This document shows positions 49,464 through 57,457 of a stretch of 57,457 bases of DNA, in pieces. The notes beneath the pieces are model-generated. The model was not told the DNA's origin. It did no database searches and worked only from the letters and a program-made list of their open reading frames with translations. Source of the stretch: Elusimicrobia bacterium LH_S2 (GTDB taxonomy: Bacteria > CG03 > SLGR01 > JAGXOG01); assembly GCA_023660015.1 (NCBI GenBank), contig JAGXOG010000002.1:1-57457 (forward strand). The letters run 5' to 3'. The position numbers and the translations under genes were made by a program. Positions within the stretch are counted from its first letter, which is position 1. The number at the start of each line of letters is the position of its first letter.

Positions 49464-50819
49464 ATGAATAAGGCAACCCAGTGGAAAATAACAATAACTT
49501 TAGTTGTAGTCGCTCTTTCGCTCTGGTTTTTATACCCCTCGTTTCAATGGTATACTAAATCCGCCGAGGAAAAGCAGAAATTACAGCAGATAGAGGATCC
49601 TGTAATAGAGAAGATATTAAAATTAGGCCTTGACCTCCAGGGAGGTATGCGCCTGCGGCTTGAAGTTGAACTCGATAAGATACCTGAAGATATGGAGGCT
49701 AACGAAGCTATGAACAGAGCGCTGGAAATTATAAGAAATCGGGTTGACCAGTTTGGTGTTTCCGAGCCGCTTATAGCCAAGCAGGGCCTGAACTGGATAA
49801 TAGTTCAATTGCCGGGAGTAAGTGATGCCGGCCGGGCGCTGGACCTTATAGGCAAGACCGCTCTTTTGGAATTTAAACTGGTAAGCGACCAGACCATAGG
49901 GGAAGATGAAGAAGCGCCCGAAGGCTATGAAATTTTACAGGGAAGGGAAAGCGGGAAAAAATATCTGGTAAAAAAAGAAGCAGAGCTTACCGGTGCGGCA
50001 TTAGATAACGCGGAGGTCAAAGTCGGCGGCAATTTTAACCGGCCCCGGATATCTTTTACCATGAAGAATGATTCTGCGGAAAAATTCAAAAATATTACAG
50101 AATTGAACGTAAACCGTCGCCTGGCAATAGTATTAGACGATATAGTGCAGTCGGCGCCGAACATAAAAGAAAGAATTCCCAACGGGCAGGGAATAATAGA
50201 GGGGAATTTTACAATGGAGACAGCAAAAGACCTCGCCATAGTTCTCCGGGCCGGAGCCCTTCCTGCGCCAGTTAAAATTATAGAAAAAAGAGTAGTGGGT
50301 CCGAAACTCGGCAGGGATTCCATAAATTCCGGTATAAAAGCTATGACTATAGGGCTCATATTTATATTGCTTTTTATGATAGCTTATTATAAGAAATCCG
50401 GTATCATAGCAGTTGTAGCGCTGCTGCTGAATATAATTATTCTATTCGGGGCAATGGCATATTTTCATTTTACCCTCACTTTGCCGGGGATAGCCGGAAT
50501 TATACTTATAATCGGTATGGCGGTCGATGCCAATGTGCTTATATTTGACCGAATTATGGAAGAGATTGAAAAAGGCAAAACTCCGCGTGTGGCCATAGAT
50601 GCCGGATACAAGAAAGCAACGACCACTATACTGGATGCAAATATAACCACTCTTATTGCGGCCATGTTCCTGTTTCAGTTTGGCACCGGCCCGGTCAAAG
50701 GTTTTGCTGTTACTTTATTTATAGGAATATTAGCATCGATGTTTACGGCAATTATCGTGGCTAAGACGATCTTTGACATGATCACTTCGGAGCGGCAGAT
50801 AAAGGAGTTAAGCATATAA
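49464..50819 (+). CDS. secD: protein translocase subunit SecD
   Basis: 'LGLDLQGG', 'IRNRVDQFGVSEP' and a C-terminal 6-TM domain. Confidence 0.9.
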   Translation: MNKATQWKITITLVVVALSLWFLYPSFQWYTKSAEEKQKLQQIEDPVIEKILKLGLDLQGGMRLRLEVELDKIPEDMEANEAMNRALEIIRNRVDQFGVSEPLIAKQGLNWIIVQLPGVSDAGRALDLIGKTALLEFKLVSDQTIGEDEEAPEGYEILQGRESGKKYLVKKEAELTGAALDNAEVKVGGNFNRPRISFTMKNDSAEKFKNITELNVNRRLAIVLDDIVQSAPNIKERIPNGQGIIEGNFTMETAKDLAIVLRAGALPAPVKIIEKRVVGPKLGRDSINSGIKAMTIGLIFILLFMIAYYKKSGIIAVVALLLNIIILFGAMAYFHFTLTLPGIAGIILIIGMAVDANVLIFDRIMEEIEKGKTPRVAIDAGYKKATTTILDANITTLIAAMFLFQFGTGPVKGFAVTLFIGILASMFTAIIVAKTIFDMITSERQIKELSI

Positions 50820-51697
50820 TGCGTTTTTTAAGAAATATATCCATAGATTTTTTGGGCAAAAAAAGTATAACCTATATATTTTCAGTTATAGTAGTAGTAA
50901 GTTCAATAGTTGTAACTTTTACCAACAAGCCCAGGTGGGGAATAGATTTTACCGGTGGTTCGCTTATACATATGGAATTTAAAACCCCACCCGATATTGC
51001 GCAGCTTAGAAAAATATTTAATTCATCAGGAATAGAAGGGGCACAAATACAGAAATTTACTAATGAAAAAGTAGTTATGGTGAGGGTGCGCAAAGATTAT
51101 GAGAATACGCTCGATGAGGTAAAAACGGCGCTTTCCGAAAAACTTAAGAATAATAAATTTGAAATTCTGAGAAATGAGATGATAGGTCCAGCGGTAGGCG
51201 GAATGTTGCGGGAAAAAGCAATAAAGGCATTTATATTTGCGTTTTTTGCCATAATAATATATGTCGCCTGGAGGTTTAAAGGAGGAATATGGGGCATCGC
51301 TGCCGTAGTTGCGTTGTTGCACGATGTCATTATAACTTTCGGAATATTAAATTTTTTGGGATTGACGGTGAATCTGCCGGTTATTGCCGCGTTGCTTACT
51401 CTCGCCGGGTATTCAATAAATGATACAATCGTGGTATATGACCGCATTCGCGAAAATCTTAAGACACATTTTAAGGACCCTCTCTTTAAGATTATTAACC
51501 GGAGCATAAACGAGACACTTTCCCGGACAATAATAACTTCGGGAACTACTCTAATGGTAGTCATAGCTTTATTCTTGAAAGGCGGAGAGGTGCTTCACGG
51601 GTTTTCCCTTACCCTTCTTATAGGCATAATTATCGGGACTTATTCTTCCATATTTATAGCTTCGCCGCTTGTCTATCTGTGGAAAAACAAGAAGTAA
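50819..51697 (+). CDS. secF: protein translocase subunit SecF
   Basis: 'GIDFTGG', 'GYSINDTIVVYDRIREN' and 'SRTIITSGTTL'. Confidence 0.9.
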   Translation: MRFLRNISIDFLGKKSITYIFSVIVVVSSIVVTFTNKPRWGIDFTGGSLIHMEFKTPPDIAQLRKIFNSSGIEGAQIQKFTNEKVVMVRVRKDYENTLDEVKTALSEKLKNNKFEILRNEMIGPAVGGMLREKAIKAFIFAFFAIIIYVAWRFKGGIWGIAAVVALLHDVIITFGILNFLGLTVNLPVIAALLTLAGYSINDTIVVYDRIRENLKTHFKDPLFKIINRSINETLSRTIITSGTTLMVVIALFLKGGEVLHGFSLTLLIGIIIGTYSSIFIASPLVYLWKNKK

Positions 51698-52316
51698 ATA
51701 TATTTCTAAAGAAGTGAATAAAATTATAGGGTTTAAAATAAAGATTAGAAAGAACGAGGTATTAAGGAACCTTAAATACAGTTCTAATACAGGGAATATA
51801 CCTGAAAATATAGAAAATATAATCAGCAGACAAATTGAGAAGGGCTATAGTTTAATAGAGCCATCGGTAGTTTTTGAAACCTATAAAAGCAGTTCTGCTG
51901 ATTATGAGGATATTGTAAGTAGTCTGCTTTTAGGCTCCGCTCACATCAAGGATATATTAAAAGATGCATACGGTTTCACCCTTATGGCGGCCACCATTGG
52001 AAAAAGGATAGAAGAAGAGATAGAGAGTTTAAAAGAGAACGATTTAACCTCCGCTTTTGTCTTGGACGCTGTGGGCTCGGAAGCAGCCGAGCAGTCGGCA
52101 AATTTTGTCTCCGGAATTATTAAACGGGAGGCCAAGCGCCGGGAATGTTACCTTAGCCATCGATTTTTACCTGGATACGGTGACTGGCCACTTTCTGCTT
52201 CCAAAAGAATTCTTGATTGTTTAGATTCGGGTAAGGTTGATATAAAAGTCAGAAAATCGGGAATAATAAATCCCCGAAAAACCATTATCGCCATAGAGTC
52301 ATGGTTGTTTGCGTAA
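51669..52316 (+). CDS. stand-alone methionine synthase (MetH) reactivation/AdoMet-binding domain protein
   Basis: 'EVLRNLKY', 'MAATIGKRIEEEI', 'LDAVGSEAAE' and 'RFLPGYGDWPL'. The true start may be the GTG near 51711, downstream of the secF stop. Confidence 0.7.
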   Translation: MSICGKTRSKYISKEVNKIIGFKIKIRKNEVLRNLKYSSNTGNIPENIENIISRQIEKGYSLIEPSVVFETYKSSSADYEDIVSSLLLGSAHIKDILKDAYGFTLMAATIGKRIEEEIESLKENDLTSAFVLDAVGSEAAEQSANFVSGIIKREAKRRECYLSHRFLPGYGDWPLSASKRILDCLDSGKVDIKVRKSGIINPRKTIIAIESWLFA

Positions 52317-52413
52317 CGAAGCACACTTGTTTTTTTTGGCGTTTAAGAAAAAATTTATTGTTAAAATAAAAGAATATTAGGGGTTCTCTAATAAAAAAGG
52401 TTTTCTAATAAAT

Positions 52414-53519
52414 ATGAGAAATAAAAAAATAACATTTATAAACGGAGCCATGGGCACAAACTTAAGTGCCGCCGGATTTACCCCCGGCCCGGAAGCAAAT
52501 TTAGAGCACGCCGAAGGAGTTAAAAAAAATACATTTAGATTTTATTAAATTAGGGGTCGATATAATAGAAACCAATACCTTCTCGGCTACTTTACTTAAA
52601 TACGGCAATTATGAAAAAATCAATAAAAAAGGGGTTGAAATTGCAAAGAAAGCCGTTGCTAAATCCGGGAGAAAATCCGTAAAGATAGCCGGCTCTGTAG
52701 GGCGACAGGTAAAATGGTTAAACCCCTTGGGGAAAATTGAATTTGAGGATATGATAGATCTATTTAAAGCCCAGATAGAAATACTTCAAAAGACTTTTAT
52801 ACATCTCATGCCGCAGCAATGCTTGCAGGGCGAGATAAAAAAGCCGAAGAATATCTGAATTATTTCTCTCCGGAGGGAGGAGAAAAAATTCAGTTTAATG
52901 AAGTATTGAGACAGGCAATACTGGAAGGCGACCGGCAGGCAGCCGCAGGTCGCTTAAAGGAACTTTTAAAAGACGAAAGACCGGCGCTGGATATAATTAA
53001 TTCTGCGGTAATTCCCGCCCTGGACAGGGTTGGGAAAGAGTATAATAAAAAGCATATATTTTTGCCTCAGCTGATAGAATCAGCCGAAGTTGTCGAAAAA
53101 GTAATGGGTAAGATTAAGTTAAATTAAATCAGTCAGGCGGAAAGATGAAATATAAGAGAAAGTTACCTTTTGCCACTGTAAAAGGTGACATAGATGATAT
53201 AGGCAAGAATCTGGTCGCATTAATATTAAAGAATTATTCTTACCGGGTGAGAGATTTTGGGGTCGATGTTCCTTCAAGCCGTATTGTAGATACCGCTATT
53301 GAATGGGGCTCTGACGTCATAGCCCTCTCTTCTCTTATGACCATCACTATGGAAAAAATGGGAGATGTGGCCGGTTTATTAAAGAGCAGGGATAAAGATT
53401 TTCCGCTTCTTATCGGAGGCGCTGCGGTAACAGAAAAATACGTCTGGAGTATAAGAGCCAGTTATGCAAAAGACGTAATAGCTGCAGTGGATGCGGTATC
53501 TGAAATATTTAAAGCATGA
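52414..53519 (+). pseudogene. metH: fragmented cobalamin-dependent methionine synthase remnant (Hcy-binding N-terminus, pterin-domain tail, B12 cap, B12 Rossmann domain, spread over three frames)
   Basis: 'INGAMGTNL' then a frameshift in A8 (52522-52529). Removing one A restores 'VKKIHLDFIKLGVDIIETNTF'. The Hcy domain stops after ~130 aa and joins '...SHAAAMLAGRDKKAEEYL' (pterin-domain end). Cap ORF 52819..53127 and B12-binding ORF 53145..53519 are in different frames. Confidence 0.7.
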
Positions 53520-54136
53520 AAGTACTGCTACTTGTATATTTAATTACAATATACGAACGGGTTTTTGGATGGTTGTCCGGGGTTGAAATTATAGGGGAAG
53601 AAAAACTCCCGTCAACTCCGTTTATTTATGCTTTTTGGCACAGATATATTTTTCTTCTGACTTATTCACACCGGGGCCGGGGAATAACGGTTCTTGCTTC
53701 CACTTCTCGTGACGGACGAGTTGCTGCCGGCGTTGTAAAGAAGTTGGGGTTTAATATTATCTCCGGCACTGCTTCTTCGCCGACTACGGGAGTTAGGGCT
53801 CTTATAAAATTAAAGGCGACATTAAACAGTCAGGGGATAGCGGCAATTGCTGCCGACGGCCCCCGGGGACCGGCGTTTGAGGTAAAAAAAGGGTTGCCAT
53901 TTCTGGCTATCAAAACTGGCTATCCGATAGTGCCTCTTGCCGCAGCTGTTAAAAAAAGAAAAAGTTTAAATAGTTGGGACAGATTTTTACTGCCGGTTCT
54001 TTTTCCTTTCAATAAAATGACGGTATTAAGCGGCAGGCCTGTCTATGTCGGACAAAATGAGAATATTGATGACGCTGCTGGTAAAATTAAAAAAGAATTA
54101 GATGAAATTTCATCAAAAGCCGATAATCTTTTATGA
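53516..54136 (+). CDS. DUF374 lysophospholipid-acyltransferase-like protein
   Basis: 'FWHRYIF', 'LASTSRDGRVAA' and 'AADGPRGPAFEVKKG'. It sits in the typical position upstream of waaA. Confidence 0.8.
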   Translation: MKVLLLVYLITIYERVFGWLSGVEIIGEEKLPSTPFIYAFWHRYIFLLTYSHRGRGITVLASTSRDGRVAAGVVKKLGFNIISGTASSPTTGVRALIKLKATLNSQGIAAIAADGPRGPAFEVKKGLPFLAIKTGYPIVPLAAAVKKRKSLNSWDRFLLPVLFPFNKMTVLSGRPVYVGQNENIDDAAGKIKKELDEISSKADNLL

Positions 54137-54152
54137 AGATAGCCGATAAGCT

Positions 54153-55397
54153 GTGATATATATATATCAAATTTTGTTGTTTTTTTTTACCCTTATAATT
54201 TTACTCCCGGTTCTTATATCTATTCTTTTTAGCAGAAGCTTGAGAAAGGGATTTTTAGAGAGATTTACAATTTACGGCAAGAGTTTGAAATCTGAATTAA
54301 AAACGTCGGATAATTCGGTTTGGGTCCACGCCGCTTCGGTAGGAGAGGTCAAAATTCTTGATAAAATGCCCGGGTTTCCATACAGGGATACAGTAATTAC
54401 CTCCACAAATATTTCCGGGCGGGACCTGGCCAGAAAAAAATTTCCCGGTACTCCGGCTTTACTATTGCCTCTTGATTTTATTTTTCTGCTTAAAAGATTT
54501 AAAAAATTAATATCCCCGGTAAAATTAATTGTTTTAGAGACCGAACTTTGGCCGGCATTTATATATGTAAACCGGATGAATAAACCGGTACTTTTAAACG
54601 GAAGGCTTTCGCCGGAAAAATTCGGAATATACTATATATTTAGAAAGATTTTTGTTAAAATATTAAACAAAATGGATAAAATATTTCCAAAGGACAGGGA
54701 AAATTACTTAAGATTTAAAAAATTAGGTGTTGCCAAGAACATTCTGCGGGAGCCTCTCAATTTAAAGTTTATGGCAATTCGTCCTTCCGTTAAAGAATCC
54801 GACCTCCGGTACCGGCCGCTGGCGTTCCCGGTAATAGTTTGCGGCTCAACCCATACCGGCGAGGAGGAGATACTGCTGGATGTATATAGAAAACTCGGTG
54901 CTTTATTTGAAAATTTAACGTTAGTACTGGTTCCCCGTCATTTAAAACGGGCCGAAAAGATAGAGCTGCTTTTGAAAAATAAAGGGTTTAAGTTTAAAAT
55001 GTGGAGTGAAATATCCGGCAGTATTTCCTCCGGGGAGGTAGTGTTGATTGATACGATGGGAGAGTTGTCTAAAATTTATTCTATTGCCGATATTGCTTTT
55101 ATAGGCGGAAGCATCGTTCCTGTAGGAGGACACAATATTATTGAAGCAGCTCTCTGGAAAATCCCTTCGGTTACCGGTAAATATATCGATAATTTCAGTG
55201 CAGTTTATAATATTTTCAAAAAAAAGGGCGCGGTCTTGATAGCTGATAATCAAAAGGATCTCTATAAGATATTTTATGAACTTCTATCAAATAAACGCAA
55301 AGCATCTGATATAGGGAAAATAAGCGTAGAGATAATAGAGGAACAAAGAAGTAAGGCAAATAAGAGGTTTAAAGAGATAACTCGCGAGATAATGTAA
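54153..55397 (+). CDS. waaA: 3-deoxy-D-manno-octulosonic acid (Kdo) transferase
   Basis: 'VWVHAASVGEV' and 'GGSIVPVGGHNIIEAA'. GTG start. Confidence 0.9.
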   Translation: MIYIYQILLFFFTLIILLPVLISILFSRSLRKGFLERFTIYGKSLKSELKTSDNSVWVHAASVGEVKILDKMPGFPYRDTVITSTNISGRDLARKKFPGTPALLLPLDFIFLLKRFKKLISPVKLIVLETELWPAFIYVNRMNKPVLLNGRLSPEKFGIYYIFRKIFVKILNKMDKIFPKDRENYLRFKKLGVAKNILREPLNLKFMAIRPSVKESDLRYRPLAFPVIVCGSTHTGEEEILLDVYRKLGALFENLTLVLVPRHLKRAEKIELLLKNKGFKFKMWSEISGSISSGEVVLIDTMGELSKIYSIADIAFIGGSIVPVGGHNIIEAALWKIPSVTGKYIDNFSAVYNIFKKKGAVLIADNQKDLYKIFYELLSNKRKASDIGKISVEIIEEQRSKANKRFKEITREIM

Positions 55398-55487
55398 TAA
55401 TAGAGGATTTTTTTAATATCCCGCAGAATCTAACATAAAAGGAAGATTGCCGATATTATATATGAGAACAGTTTATTATGCTGATAA

Positions 55488-56381
55488 AACACCAGACTTC
55501 ACTTTGGTGATGGATATGTTGTCCGAAGGACACCGAAGGAAACAGCAGAAGCCCCCGTCTTCAGTCGAGGGAACTTCACGGGAGAGATAAGCGTACTTGC
55601 CGTGGTACTGGGAATGGTTACTTCCCTTGTACTTGAAGGCGGCCCGGTAAATTATTTACGGAGGCGTAAGATATTTAAAAATATTAAGAAATTAAAAGAC
55701 CACATAATTATATGCGGTCTGTTAGATTTAGGTAAGGATGTTATGCGGAATTTTGCCGATGAAGGAAATCAATTTATAGTTATAGAAAATTCTAAAGAGA
55801 GAATACAGAATGCCATAAACGGCGGGTTTGATTTTTTATATATTAAAGGTGACGCCCGGGAAAGTTTAGTTCTGGAGGAAGCCTCTATCCCAAAAACGTC
55901 TACTTTGATAACCTGCCTGGGTGACGACAGTTTTAACCTTTTTGTGGTAATTACGGCAAGAGAATTAAACTCTTCGCTTAATATATTAACTGAAGCCATA
56001 GATGAAAAAGTTAAAGATAAACTTCGAAGGGCGGGAAGTAATTACATTATTTCACCGACCCGGATAGGATAGTCCCGGATGGCAACTGCGGTGATAAACT
56101 CTTGGTTGTCGTCTTTGGTGGTTATTCTGACCGAAGGCAGTGACCAACAGATGCAGTTAAATGCCATAAAGATGGAGGAAAATTCCGGTGTTGCCTCAAA
56201 AACCCTAAGTGAGATAGAGATTCCTAAAAATACGGGCCTGATTGTGGTTGTGGTAAAAAAATCCGGCACCACTAAATATATTTATAATCTATCGTTGGAA
56301 ACTGTTCTTAATCCGGGAGACGTGATTCTTGTAATGGGATGGGAATATAGAGTTAAAAAACTAAAGGAATATATTAAATAA
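55488..56381 (+). pseudogene. N-terminally truncated K+ channel / RCK (TrkA_N + TrkA_C) gene with an in-frame TAG
   Basis: The frame opens only after TGA-TAA at 55482-55487. It carries a degenerate pore-loop-like 'FGDGYVVRRTP' and an inner-helix-like 'ISVLAVVLGMVTSLVL', then 'IIICGLLDLGKDV' (TrkA_N). TAG at 56070-56072 ('ISPTRIG*SRMA') precedes TrkA_C in the same frame ('GVASKTLSEIEIP...GDVILVMG'). Confidence 0.55.
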
Positions 56382-57356
56382 GTGGATTTTTTACTCATAA
56401 GATATTCTTCGCTGGGGGATATTATACTTACAACTCCGGTTGCGGAAAATATAAAGTTAGCCGATAGGTCAAATAGAGTAGATATACTTACTAAACCTCT
56501 ATATGAAGATATTTTTTTTAATAATCAGTATTTCGATGATATAAAAACCGGCTGGCCGGGAAGAAAAAGATATGATTATATAATTGACCTGCATAAGAGC
56601 ATAAGATCTAATTTAATAAAATATTTTATTCCATCTGATGAAATTTTAACTTATAATAAAGCAGCTTACGCCCGTCGCGTGTTTCTTCATTCCGGTAAAA
56701 AAGATGCAATACTTAAAAAGACTGTAATTGACAGGTATCTGGAACCTCTCAGGGAACTGGATATCCCGGTTAAATCAAAAAAACCCATGATAAATATATC
56801 CGACAGCGAACGGGATAAAGCTCTCACGGACACCAAAGGCGAAGGATACGTACTCATCTCCCCGGGTGCTAAATGGCATACAAAACAGTGGTTAGAGGAG
56901 TACTACATTAGCCTTATTAAAAAAATAATTCACGAAACCGGACTTAATATAGTATTAACAGGGGACAGCAGTGATTTGAATCTATGCGAAAGACTTGTAA
57001 AAGGAGCCGGCCTTTTAAAAAGCCATATTATAAACCTGACCGGAAAGACCGGGCTGAGAGAATTATTTGCGGTAATAGGAAATTCACGGGCAGTTATTAC
57101 TACGGACTCGGCTCCCCTTCATATAGGGTGGGCAACCGGAAATTATGTCATTGCACTTTTCGGACCCACAGTTAAAGAATTCGGCTTTCAGCCGGAAGAC
57201 AAGCGAGTCCGAATAATAGAGAAAGAAATGGAGTGCCGCCCCTGCAGCCTTCACGGTTCAAATAAGTGTAAATTTAAAGACCGGGCCTGCATGAAAAGGA
57301 TTGAGCCCCACGAAGTTATGGGGGAACTGCATAAAATTTTAAATGAGGCCCCGTAA
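56382..57356 (+). CDS. GT9 family LPS heptosyltransferase
   Basis: 'LLIRYSSLGDIILTTPV', 'ISPGAKWHTKQW' and 'ITTDSAPLHIGWA'. GTG start. Confidence 0.85.
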   Translation: MDFLLIRYSSLGDIILTTPVAENIKLADRSNRVDILTKPLYEDIFFNNQYFDDIKTGWPGRKRYDYIIDLHKSIRSNLIKYFIPSDEILTYNKAAYARRVFLHSGKKDAILKKTVIDRYLEPLRELDIPVKSKKPMINISDSERDKALTDTKGEGYVLISPGAKWHTKQWLEEYYISLIKKIIHETGLNIVLTGDSSDLNLCERLVKGAGLLKSHIINLTGKTGLRELFAVIGNSRAVITTDSAPLHIGWATGNYVIALFGPTVKEFGFQPEDKRVRIIEKEMECRPCSLHGSNKCKFKDRACMKRIEPHEVMGELHKILNEAP

Positions 57357-57457
57357 AGATATAGTTATTATACAGACCGCGTATTTAGGGGATTGTGTGC
57401 TTACTCTCCCTTTGGCAAAAACTTTAAAGGAATGTCCGCAGACGGGAAGGATTACCG
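57343..57457 (+). CDS. second GT9 heptosyltransferase, 5' fragment running off the window
   Basis: My translation gives 'MRPRKDIVIIQTAYLGDCVLTLPLAKTLKECPQTGRIT'. The ATG overlaps the preceding gene by 14 nt. Confidence 0.7.
   Translation, partial: MRPRKDIVIIQTAYLGDCVLTLPLAKTLKECPQTGRIT

Noticed and set aside
52357-52413. A short direct repeat 'tctaataaa' occurring twice ahead of the metH remnant.
   Set aside because: It is only 9 nt long, lies in an AT-rich spacer, and has no dyad symmetry or known motif. It is most likely chance.

Overview
This 57.5-kb window looks like it comes from an uncultivated, anaerobic, diderm bacterium. That reading rests on Kdo transferase and heptosyltransferases, Re-type citrate synthase, NfnAB, Bcd/Etf and class I fumarase. 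I cannot assign taxonomy from sequence alone. All but one intact gene lie on the + strand, often with ATGA or 8-nt start/stop overlaps.

Layout:
(1) 1-22.7 kb is a glycoconjugate biosynthesis region. Its first ~16 kb is clearly more AT-rich, by hand counts of sampled lines. It encodes three cytoplasmic AlkP-superfamily enzymes, a Gfo/Idh/MocA oxidoreductase and a polyprenyl-P GT2 plus GT-C (ArnC/ArnT-like) pair. It also encodes two LPG-synthase-TM 'flippase-like' proteins, a B12-binding radical SAM enzyme, five GT4s, a WecA/MraY-type initiating transferase, a UGM-like flavoprotein and a TPR protein. A rearrangement scar sits inside it, made of a stop-interrupted methyltransferase, the only minus-strand gene, and a heavily decayed IS481-like element that keeps its inverted repeats.
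(2) 22.7-34 kb is one tightly packed central-metabolism operon. It runs Re-citrate-synthase-like enzyme with an unexpected Cache/PDC-like C-terminus, malic enzyme, split aconitase-family dehydratase, NAD-IDH-type dehydrogenase, split class I fumarase, ndk, ackA, nfnAB.
(3) 34-40 kb holds rpmF-plsX-fabHDG-acpP-fabF-rnc.
(4) 40-44 kb holds acyl-CoA dehydrogenase plus a bifurcating-type EtfBA with ferredoxin-fused EtfA.
(5) 44-52 kb holds a DUF-like membrane protein, SpoIID, and queA-tgt-yajC-secDF.
(6) 52-57 kb holds a fragmented metH remnant, DUF374-waaA, a decayed K+ channel/RCK gene and two GT9 heptosyltransferases.

No CRISPR array, tRNA, rRNA or recognisable defence system was seen. The most interesting signals are the enzyme-sensor fusion, the AlkP trio sharing a C-terminal tail, the glycan cluster without Wzx/Wzy/ABC export genes, and four independent gene-decay events.
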